DNA of 64,000 bases from Vitrella brassicaformis CCMP3155 (lineage: Eukaryota > Protista > Chromerida): NCBI GenBank assembly GCA_001179505.1, contig CDMY01000277.1:1-64000 (forward strand). The letters run 5' to 3'. The position numbers and the translations under genes are program-made. Below, in pieces: positions 1 to 13,189 of the stretch (its first letter is position 1; each line of letters opens with the position of its first letter). The notes under the pieces were generated by a model. That model searched no databases. It worked only from the letters and a program-made list of their open reading frames with translations, and was not told the origin of the DNA.

Positions 1-534
1 GAGTGTGTGTGTCCCTGTCTGTCAATCATGAAGAAGAACGGGAGGCGGAACCTGGAAGCTGGGATCTCTGATGGACGTGGGGATGATAAGATGTCCCACG
101 GGCAAGTTGTGGCCACACACCTGCATACACACACACACAGGGACACACACTCACACACACGCACTGGCAGCTGTTTGTTTGACTTTTTTTTTGCTATATT
201 CGCCGCTTTTGCTCTGCAGTCTCCCACTCTTCCCACTCTTCTCAATCAAGAGAAACGAAGAGAAATGTATGAGAGACAGAAGAGACAGAAGAGACGGAAG
301 GGACGGAAGGGACATTGGCAAACAAAGCCTTTTTGAGGGAACTGGAAAGAAACCAGACAAAAGTTGACCCTACACGGGCATTGGGTATTTCTTAATGCAT
401 TGTCCCGAATGTATGACAGCCACTCACTTCAAAATTACACAGCGCTGACAGCGCTCCTCTAAATTACCTCAGATTCCCATCCCCGCCCCCCGCTTAGAAG
501 AGTCTTGCCATCCTGTGAAGTCAACCGATGCAGT

Positions 535-2778
535 TTAGTCTATATAATGGGTCGAGTGATACATACAGAAGTCCCGTGTTTTCTCTATATGTCCGTATCT
601 GCTCTCGTCCACAGCACTCAAAAAATACAGCACAAAGTATGGCCCTCCACGGAAGATACATACGCCGCCGCCGATCGCCAGTCCGAGTACATACATTCTC
701 ATAAATCCGGGCTCTGCCATGCTTCTCAGGAGAGGCAAGTTGGCGGACCGGACCAGCCAAACGAATAGTACGCCCTCGAAGACCAGCTCGATAAGCGCCA
801 TGATCAGTAGACCGGCCACTCGTTCAAGCAGCTGCGGAAGTGATGGAGACACCACCTGGTCGAGAGTGATGAAAGATGCGTTGGTGAGAATGAGCACCGT
901 TAGTTCCGCCAAGCCGTAAGCGTGCATCTGCTGCATTCATCGTCCATCGACGGAAACCAGCCAGAACAGGGGGGAGACGTGGGATTTGAAGGTATGAAGA
1001 AAATTCACTTGCTCCTCCCTTACGTCGCTGAGCCTCCTGAGAAATATTGGGTGAAGCTTGAACTGGACAACTCGTGTGGGGACATCGAGAAACGAGCTCA
1101 GGGAGCTCAGCGATTGGTGGCTGAAAAGAGTGCTGACGCTTGTGCGACTTCTCGTGTAGAAGCTCATTACAGTAGTGGACAGACGGCTGAGCAGTTTGGC
1201 CGGCGGATGCTTGATGACATTCGGTCTTTCTGTGTTGTCGGTGTCTTCGCCAGTAACGGTATCGGGCGTCTCGTTTGAGTGCTGATGCTGAATTCTCCTG
1301 CGTGCTTTGTCTGAGGAGAGGTATTGTACATGGCATTGCATCAAAGCTCTCTTAGCCATGCCGCCAACAACCATCACTGCACACGTAGACAGAGAAAGAC
1401 AAAAGGCGTGAATACGGCAATATGGTCGCATATAAGTCTCATGTGTGCACACTATATACTAACAATATGGGATCGCCAAGTCGGTCAACAAGTCGAACGA
1501 GGCCAGCATAAGCGAAGTCAAAATCTGAAAAGAGACATGGATGCCGAAAAGCAGAGGAATCTCACTTAATCACAGGCAGTCTTCAGCTTGCTTCTTCTGA
1601 CCCGAGCAGACAAATGTTGCATCTCAGCCTGCATCATTCTTGGGTAGACGGCGAAAGCTACCGCCGGATAAGAAATTGCTGGACCCGTCTGCGGTGCAGG
1701 ACCGTCGCGTACTGAACGGACTAGCGCTGTCACTGACAGATGGACAAATTGAAAGCATACGACAACACGACGAGGGGGAGCTGAGGAAGGGCTCTTACGG
1801 AGAGCAAGAAGAGGGGACATTGTGAGCAGCCAAGTGATGACGGCAATGCTTTCTTCTTGGCGACCTCCCGCGACTTCTTTGATAAGAGGTAAGAAGAAGG
1901 ATCGTGCTGAAATCGAAAGGGTCATCAATATGAGAACCACCAGCCCCATTTGTAAGACATAAAGCCGCTTTCTTATGACTGTCCTCGATGTCTGAGCCAC
2001 TTGGCGGAAGACCCTACATGGAGCACACAGGAGAATATCTAGCTGCCACTTTGTGATTGTCCTTTATCTGTTCCCTTCCTTACATCACTGGCACTACAAT
2101 CGCCACTACAAAGTTGAAACAGACCGCAATAATGCGGTAAGGCCGCAAGTCCTCCGCATGAAACAACACCACCGCGCCGACTTGTACGATTGCAGTGGGA
2201 GTCAAGAAGGGCCACGTTGTCCTCAAGCGATGGAGGGCCCCACGAAAGCTGCCTTCGGCCATAAGCAGCAGGATGGCGGCAAAGCATAGGAAAACGACAG
2301 TCTGACGAGCAGCATCAAGCAAAATCCACCGTCCTTTTCCACATGCCCAGAAGTACCCGACCCAAACCTGAGACCAGATGAAGGCGATGGTTGCCGCAGC
2401 GGCCATTTGGAAGACGAGCACCTTTGCCGTCCGCCTCACTGTCTTCCAAAAGGGCTCCGGGGTGAACACAGCACCAACAAAAGAACCACCCTCATAGCGC
2501 AAGCGAGTCTCGAACTCCTGAAAGGAGGCTGCAGGTCCCGCGCATAGTCGAAACTCAGCCACCATGGCCGCCAACTCGCGCTCCTCCCTCCGCAATGGTT
2601 GTCCATCTTCTTCTCCGGCCTCATTGTCCCCAGCCCCCTTCTCTGAACAGGTCTCAACAGCAGCAGTTGCGCCCGTGCTCTCGTCACTGAGCTTCGTGAC
2701 ATGATGCTCCTGCGGGGCGGTGTCTTCTGTATCAACGATGACTGCCCCAATGGTGGATTCTTTGCCTTCCTCCATCAT
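535..2778 (-). CDS. Hypothetical multi-pass membrane protein, multi-exon
   Basis: Minus-strand ORFs 2080-2778, 1566-2000, 937-1452 and 535-936 have alternating hydrophobic segments (VLVFQMAAAATIAFIWSQVWVGYFW; LYVLQMGLVVLILMTLSISA; VAGLLIMALIELVFEGVLFVWLV). An atgcag acceptor near 931-936 explains the in-frame TGA at 937-939. No family recognised. Confidence 0.5.
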
Positions 2779-2959
2779 TGGTGACCTTCTGAATCAGTTG
2801 ATTTCTTTTCGCGGGGGGGAAAGGGGGCCAGATCTGCCTCCAGAGTCCGTCTCCAACGGCATTTCAAGCAGACGGTTGCTAAGGGCTGGATGAAACTTCA
2901 TGAAAGGGATATCGGTACGTCAGGCTGCGATGACCAACGAGTGCAAACAGCTACTCAAC

Positions 2960-3199
2960 CGTCACCCGCGGGCCATACAGGCCAGACACCAGCCCCGCTC
3001 CGGGGCTGTGAGGTGGCTGGCTGGATCTGGGTTGAATGTGTATGTCCATGTTGCATGTCTCACACTTGTTTGTAGTGTGCGACATGTTTTCGCAGTCAGC
3101 GAACGTTGTCCTTTGTTTCTGCATGTATTGTTTCCCTTCGCTTGCTTGATACGGACTGATGCTTAGACGAACTTCGTCGCCCGTTTCATGTATCTGCTT
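2960..3199 (+). repeat. ~240-bp dispersed repeat, copy 1 (inverted relative to 12797-13035)
   Basis: ggccatacaggccagacaccagccccgctccggggctgtgagg...gatacggactgatgcttaga matches the reverse complement of 12797-13035 with few mismatches, mostly at the ends. Confidence 0.95.
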
Positions 3200-3290
3200 C
3201 TTCGTTAAGTCTGGGCAACGTATATCGGACTATAATGCTCAGCATGAAACCTCCGATAGATCTGCACAGGCCAGCAGTACAACAACAGAG

Positions 3291-4989
3291 TCACTGTCCT
3301 ACGAGGCACTCAATATACGCCGCCACACTCACGTCCTCCTCGCTGCACACACATGCATCCCCTCCCGGCCGCTGCGGCGCTATGCCACGCTTGTTGATGT
3401 CATTCCCGTCAGGCGTCTTGTACTTTCCCACTGTAACTCTCAGCGCACTCCCGTCCTCCAACTTGACCAGACTTTGGATCAAAGCCTTGCCGTACGTCTT
3501 CTCGCCAATCGCAGACGCCCTCCCGTTCTCCAGCAAAGCCGCAGCCAGCACCTCCGCAGCCGAAGCCGTGTTCTTGTCTACAAGCAGGGCGACCGATGAC
3601 GGCTCCCTCGCGTATCTGCCGTCATCTGTAGTGCGGTACACTTCAATGATGCGCCCATCTCGTCCCTCCACAGACGTAATGAGAGCGTCCCCGGGCAGCA
3701 GCAGCCGCGCCACAGCAGCACCCGACTCAAAGTTGCCACCAAGATTGCGCCGCAAGTCCAATACAAGCACGTCAGGAAGCGGCCGGTAGCCATCGAGAAG
3801 CGCCGCCAACTCTTCCGCGGCGTCCTTGCTGAGCCGATTGATGCGAATAATGGCTGTCGGCCGTCCATCGACAAGGGGAAACCGTCTGTCTGAAGGAGAG
3901 ATGGCGCGCACAGACGCGTTGGTCGACTGGCCGCTTAGTCGTTGAAGCACCACCTGTCTGGCCGCCCCGTCTCGACCGCTGATGACTCCCACAGTGACGG
4001 ACGTCCCAACGTCGCCCGCCAGAGCCATCTGGAGGGCCTCTGCATCGAGGCCTGACGTAGCCGCGCCATCCACCGAGACAATCCTGTCGCCTTTCTCTAG
4101 ATCTTGAAGTGCTGCAGGCGACGCTGCTCGCACACTCTCGATCACAGGGAAGCCGCGCTGCAAGTCAACAGTCACCCGGATGCCGGTGTCACCATTGCCC
4201 ACTTTGTACGCCGATAGAAGACGGGAATACTGCAGTCACAGACAGCGATACACTCGCCTCTGGGGTGGTGACAAAACCAACCTCTCGTCGGCCACTCACC
4301 TGCTTCGGTGAGAGGAACTGAGTGAATGGATCGTTGAGGCTGCTGATCATCTCCCGAATCGCCTCGTGTGTCTGCTCACGGCTTGTCAGCGGCCGCTTGA
4401 GCACCTCTTCACGCACCTCTTTCCACTTGCGGGAAGAGAACGAGCCGGATGGGTCCACAAACGCCCGGTTGATGACACCCCATGCCTCATTGATAAGCCG
4501 TTTCTCCTCAGCTGACGATACGCCGTCGTCGTCCAGCCGCAGCGAGAGCAGTAAACTGTCCCTAGGCAGGAACACCGGCTGATGTCGTGACGACAGTAAG
4601 CTCACCGTATGTTCGCGGGCTGCAGCTGCATTTTCAGGGCCGATGACGCTGGCATTAGACGCGAGAGGGATGAGTCCCATAATGCTGAGAAGCGCTGCAG
4701 CGATGAATCCACACAAGCCACTCGTTTCGCTCCAAAGATTGTTGGACTCATCGCTTCGTCCATGCTCCACCCGTGCTGTCAACGTCGTGCAGTGACGCCA
4801 GCGCCTGGCGAGAGGAACAGGAAGATTGCTGGCGTTCATCCTGACACGATGTGAGCCGCCGATGTTGCATAAGAGGAAAGCGCTGTTGGCTGACGAGATG
4901 GGGACCGTTGCGAGCATCGCGATGCGATGCCGTGGGCACGAGAGCAGATGATGTTGATTGGAGGAAAGTTGGCCGGATTGCGAGCTCAT
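3291..4989 (-). CDS. ctpA: Photosystem II D1 C-terminal processing protease (peptidase S41), plastid/lumen-targeted, 2 exons
   Basis: EAWGVINRAFVDP...LNDPFTQFLSPKQ, then a GT-AG intron ~4230-4299, then a PDZ domain (LEKGDRIVSVDG), LVLDLRRNLGG, catalytic Ser in TASAAEVLAAAL and catalytic Lys in TYGKALIQS. Long N-terminal extension with a hydrophobic thylakoid-transfer-like segment ending ASNA. Confidence 0.93.
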
Positions 4990-5384
4990 CTTTGAATTGG
5001 ATCAGACAGAACGTTGATCAGTGCATACATGCAAATTCAGCAGTGGTAAGAGCTCCAACAGTCTGTAAGTGATGGATATGCACACAACTTACACACAAAA
5101 ACGCCGTAAGTGATCTGCCAGCATGTCCGTCCGCTAAGAATGAGTGACCGGATGGTGTGGGTGTTGGGTGAGTAGGTCAGCCAGACAATTCAAGCAACGC
5201 CACAAATAAGAGAAAAGGACCAAACACCTATGCACTCATACACACACTCATACACCAGTGGACCGATATCTGCCTGTCTGCCCATGTCTCCACGACTCAC
5301 TGTCTCTGTCTACAGTTCACGTCTGTCCCATCCCTCCATCTGAACCGTCCCGCCCTCCCTCCCTCCCCCCCCGTCCCTACCTAC

Positions 5385-7317
5385 CTATATCAGATCTCGC
5401 CTGTCCTGCCCCACGCGCATCTCATACTCGCTGCCTTCGTTGCTGCCGTCGTGCTCGTCAATGCCGCAGCACGTGTTGACCGCAGACAATATCGCCTTGT
5501 TCGTCTGCCGCACTCGCGGAGGCGTCTGGTCGCCTGGTATTGGGGCAGGCTGAGCGGGGGGCAGCCGGGCGACTGACGCGGCCTGCTGCTGTGTCTGTGT
5601 CGGTGTCTGTGTGAGGGGGTAAGGAATGGTGGCGGAGGGTTGTGGCTGTGAGGGCTCCGGGGATGGCTCGGGGATCGTGTCTGTGGAGTTGCTAGACTCG
5701 CCGAGAGAGGGGACCGAACCGTTGATGCTGCTCTGGTCAGTCGGCAGGCCGGTGGGCTCCGACCGCACCGATGGCACGTCGGTCGTGTCGTCATCGTCTC
5801 TGCATCAATGGAGAGACACACACAATATGGGGGCCTGCGACCTATGTCGCTGTGGTTCGTCGTGTCAGTCTGTCTGTCGGTGCCGGTGCGCACTTGTCGT
5901 CGTCTTCGTCGACCCATCCTGCCAGACGGTCCTCAGGAATCGGCCACAGGGGGGACCGCCCGCGGATACTGCACACATGACACGGGTGCATAGGTGTGCA
6001 GTGCGTGTGTATCTGTGTGCCATGGCGGACCCTTTGAGTTTGAGCACTCCCCTCTGTCTGTGTGGCACATAGGACTTGGACGGCGGATAGCCGCCGGCCA
6101 GACCACGCTTGCCTGCATCCATGCGCCCAGTGAGACGGAATCATTGTTGTGTCGTCTGTGTTGTTGTGTGAGTGAGTGTGGCCGCACCTCTCTGTCTGGC
6201 CACCCTCCTCGCAGAGTTGGCAAATGCAGGCGCATGGGCGCCGTGGATACCAAGACCTGCATGCGCCACACACACAGACCCAGACGACGTCCCATTCGTT
6301 GTCATCCATCCACAGACGCGGCCGTACCTCTGCTGCCATACTGCACAGTAGGGGGCACATTGAAGGTCTGTGCGCTGCCGTTGGCCCGCTGCAATGTGTC
6401 GCCCGTCTCGAGGCCGTTTGCTGGCGATGGGGGCGGGTTGGACTGGTGCTGCTCCCTCTTCCGACACAGACACGGACACACGTGGTCCAGACCTGCACAC
6501 GTCCACAGGTGAATGGCCATGTGAGTGTTGTCAGTTCGTTGGCGGTGTCTGTGTGTGTACCTTCTCCCATTTTGATAAACCAGCAGGACGAGAGGCATCG
6601 TTTCCTGACCTCCCGCATGCGGATGGGCCGACCGCTGCCGCTCTTCATCGAGTGCAGCAGCCAGATTAGAGACACCACCACCTGCACCGCACCGCAACCC
6701 ACACACGCATCAATGTGTCACACACTCGTACACACAGGGTCCGTGTGTGCATGACATGGCATGACGGTACGGACCAGGCAGGGAATGAGGACGCCCAGGG
6801 TGATGAAGAGAGCCCGTTTCAGCTTCGATCGATCATCACCTTGGTCGCCAGACACCGCACCTGAACGCGTCGACACACGAGCACCATGTATGTGTACGCG
6901 CGTGTCAACGCAACAGTGCCACCTACCTTCTTGCTGCTTGTCTTTTCTTGGCTCCAGGAATCCTCCTTCTCCCGGGGGAACAGGAGGGAGCAGTGTGTCC
7001 AGATCAGTCGTGTTGGTGCCTGCCATGGTCGACATGCACACATTTCACACACATGTTGTTGCGCGTGAACGGGTCCGTTACCTAGTACGCTGGCCTCGTC
7101 TTCGCCAGAGTCGTCGCGTGGGCTGGTGGTGGCGTTAATTGGGTTCCATTTGCCTGACACACGTGCACACATGTGTGGACACGTGTGGAAATGCGGGAAC
7201 ATGCCCCCTTTCTCTGCTCACCAAATACGAATTGTGGGCCTTCGCCCGGCTTTGGGCAGGGAATAGGGCCTGCCACACGCACAGTAAAGATGCATACGTA
7301 TTCACATGCTCGCGCTC

Positions 7318-7351
<34 letters not shown>

Positions 7352-8819
7352 ATGTGTGCGAAGCCATACCCGTAGTGACGTTATGTGGCATTGGGGACCT
7401 GACGGTGTACTCCATCTTGAGCCAACACAAACCGCCGCGGACATCAGACCTGACGACACCCACCCACACACGCACACACAACAAACAGTCACGTATGGGA
7501 TGTGCTGTGCAGCTGGCCGTGGATGTGTGGGCATGTCTGCCCACCACAGGAATTGTGAGCATCCCTGCGTCAGTCGACAGAGGTCGAAACACAAGGGCGC
7601 ACTCTTGTGCGCGTTCGGGGGGTCTGTGAACGGACACAAGAATCGAGCCGACATATGTGTACACACAGTTGTTGCGTCCGTACCAGCGATCCACCATCCA
7701 GGCGGCCCGATCACAGGCCCGATATAGTCATGGTACTGCTCGAAACACACTGCATGACACAGAGACATGGGGACATGTATACACCCGTGAGTCTCATGTG
7801 TCGCCTTACGTGCCACACACTGCTTCTCGTGACAGAAGCTGAAGACGGTGGTGTTGTCGCCATCGTCGCATAGGGCGCCCTCTGTCTCCTCCTGTATACA
7901 GAGCCACATGTATACATGTACATGTGCATATGTACACCCGTGTGTAGACGCTTGCGTACATATTAGTGTATTAGTGTACATGTAAATGTATACGTACGGT
8001 GCATTCGGTAGCCATCCCTCCGTACGTGTCGGTGACAATCAACGGAGAGTGGTTAATGAGGCCGCTGCTGCTGCTGGTGCCCGGCAATTCACTCGTGCAC
8101 TCGCGAGGGCCCGACACATACCTACGTGTGACGTGAGTACGCGATAGGTGATCGATCACGGCAAGGGCCTACCTGAGGTCTCTCTGTTGTCCTTCAGGCA
8201 GGTCAGCGGCCCATGTGACTCGCCTGCCCTTGTCGCTCTTCTTGAGCCGGCAGTCACCAGGCACAAATACGTACGACGAAGCTGACGGGTTGCCGGCCTG
8301 CACACAGCATGTGTCCACCATGCCATGGGTGAATCCGTACAGACATCCGTCCACCCCACATGAGTGTACCCCTGCTGCCGGGTCTTGCTGGCCCTCCACA
8401 TACGTAAAGTACTGGCAGTCACCTCCATTCTCGCGGTTGATCTGAACAGGGGAAAGCATACACGACAATGTCTTTAAAGACACTGTCAGCCACAAACACC
8501 CACACACACGCCGTGTGTGCGTCTGAACCTACACGCACCTGACACATGGCCTGGCACTGGGCAGCGCTGCTCGCATTCGAAAGGCGACCACCTTCCTGCA
8601 AGCAGCCATGGTCAGTCACACATGCACACAGTGACACAGCCGCCATCACACGCACAGGGCGCTCATACTATCATTTCAGCCCACCTGAAGCACATCAAAG
8701 CCGGCATAGTCCACCCCCTCCTCGTAACAGCCCCCTTGAGCCAGACACAAGCATGGCAACAGCAACACAGATACCACGGTCGCTCTCAGCAATACCGCCC
8801 CCGTCCGTTGCCGCTCCAT
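5385..8819 (-). CDS. PAN/Apple-domain type I membrane protein (microneme-adhesin-like), multi-exon
   Basis: Signal peptide MERQRTGAVLLRATVVSVLLLPCLCLA. Apple 1: CYEEGVDYAGFDVLQ|...SAAQCQAMCQ|...DCQYFTY...LKKSDKG...GPREC. Apple-like 2: FCHEK|YHDYIGPVI...CWLKMEY...GPIPC. TM segment ALFITLGVLIPCL|VVVSLIWLL, then a P/S/T-rich tail ending at the stop at 5385. Confidence 0.7.
7321..7349 (+). repeat. (TG)n microsatellite, representative of the many intronic simple repeats
   Basis: Perfect tgtg run inside an intron. Similar (CA)/(TG), (GA), (GATG) and (CAGA) runs occur in most introns. Confidence 0.95.
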
Positions 8820-9573
8820 CTGTGTCCGGGGGAAATCGCAGTCATGAACCACTCTATATACTCCCAGTTCTACCTTTACAGTGCGTACACTGTCAGGCCG
8901 TTAAGCTCGCCATTGTCTACCATCAGTGGGTGTTTGTGGCTGTCTTTTCTTTTGTGTGACCATTGTCAACACACGTGCAGTCCTCACAGGGGGTGGTTTG
9001 CAATGAGTTATTGGTTTATGTTGCCTTCTCTTGAGATGCGTTTCACGATTTCCCAACCAAAGGCGACGCCGAGAACCGCGAAGCTTTGACAGCGCCGCCA
9101 CCCTGACCGAGCAGCAGCGATGGTGTGGATCGGAGGGTTTCTCGGACGACCGGGGGCAAGCAAGAGCGCGCCCCTCAGAGTGGGAGCTGTCGCTCTCGCA
9201 GCCTGTAAGCAAACACCAGCCGAACACGCCCAGAGGGGAGGGAGGGAGGAAGGGTGTGTTCGCGTCGGGCAGAGGTGCTTTGCGTTTCATGTGGGCGCTG
9301 GGCAAAGACGGTATGTTGTGTGTGGTGTGTGGTTTGGTTGTTCTTTGTTTCAGCGGGTGCGGTGATCGGAGCTAGCTACTACTACTTTCCCGACCGCGGC
9401 ACACATCGCGCAGCACGTAAGAGCAAACGGAGCCTGCAGGCACGCCGCGCGCGCACAGGCACCATCCCGCTCACAATGACTGTTTGTGTGCCTGGCCCTT
9501 TCCTGTATGTACGTGTCGTCAGTTGTGGCTGCCGGTTGTGCAGCTCCTCCCGCGCACAACTCGGTAGGCGCAA

Positions 9574-11864
<2,291 letters not shown>

Positions 11865-12796
11865 ACACACACCAGCCCACTCCAACTAGATGGCCTGGAG
11901 GGAGGGAGGGTGAATGAGTGAGTGAGAGATCCATATTGTTCGTATCTTCCTAGCTATCGTATGTGTGTGTGTGAGCGTTACGAGAGTTGTCAGCGAACCA
12001 GCGGAGTCGATGCAGCATGTGTACGCACCTCACGAGCGGACGTATACATAAGACGCAGAGTACAGCGACCGAACACTCACTCATTCACTTGCATGCGACA
12101 GACAGTGTTTAGTCAGTAGACAGACAGACAGACCGATGGATGGATGCAGTTGCTGGGGAGGGACGTTTAAGCACGAATCGAAGCGAGAGACAGCGCGAGC
12201 GAGCGAACGAGAAAGGGACACCCACGTGTCTCACGAGTGGGTGGGTTTGGTATGTATGCTGTTTGAGTGTATGTGTGTATGACAACCGAACTTTTCTCCC
12301 TGCTGGTCTGCGCGGTGTGTTGCTCTGTCGGTCCTGGATGTCCGTGTGCTCACAGATATGTACCGTGAGCACACGGCACTCCAGAATCGGAAGCAAAACA
12401 CACCACAGCAGACAGCAAGGGGCAGCCGACCAGTGAGAAGACTGAGTTTAGAGAGACGCCAATGCGGTCTTTTTCCATAATCGGGTTTGACTGACACCAC
12501 ACGTAGACCGACCGACCGACTGACTGACCGACACACATGCATGTGTCTCAGTGTCTGCCTGTTCGTCCCTGCCTACCTGCCTGTGTGTCTCTCTATGTCC
12601 CTGTCTGTCCTTCTATCTCTCTGGGGGTTTTGCTGTGGTCATGATACGGACGGACGGACAGCGATGGAGAATATGAGCCAATTAACCCAATCATGATGGA
12701 CAGATGACGAGCATGCAGATCTGCGTTTAAAGTCAGACAGAAATCACACACACAAGACACTCACTGGTTTCTTGTTTTTCATCCCCCCGACGTTTC

Positions 12797-13035
12797 AAGC
12801 AGATACATGAAAAACACACAAAGTTCATCTAAGCATCAGTCCGTATCAAGCAAGCGAAGGGAAACAATACATGCAGAAACAAAGGACAACGTGCGCTGAC
12901 TGCGAAAACATGTCGCACACTACAAACAAGTGTGAGACATGCAACATGGACATACACATTCAACCCAGATCCAGCCAGCCACCTCACAGCCCCGGAGCGG
13001 GGCTGGTGTCTGGCCTGTATGGCCAGCGGCTGACG
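12797..13035 (-). repeat. ~240-bp dispersed repeat, copy 2
   Basis: Reverse complement of 2960-3199. Ends ~155 bp upstream of the metallophosphoesterase ATG. Confidence 0.95.
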
Positions 13036-13189
13036 AAGTCCTCGGAGGTGGTTGGTGTCACTCGTGTCTGTAACCCCGAAGGGATCCTGTCATGTCACCG
13101 CACTCTGCAGGCTAGTACGAAAACTGGGGGCTGCGAGCTTCGTTGCAGTGGCGAGAACGTTTTAAATTTGTTTCCTTTTTTCCACCACC

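Noticed and set aside
1-360. ORFs 7-336, 71-367 and 151-360
   Set aside because: They run through CA/GA microsatellites. At most there is a short terminal exon of a gene outside the window; no product can be supported.
937-939. In-frame TGA joining ORFs 937-1452 and 535-936 (possible Sec or readthrough)
   Set aside because: It sits in gatggacgatgaatgcag, a typical intron 3' end, so splicing explains it. No SECIS evidence.
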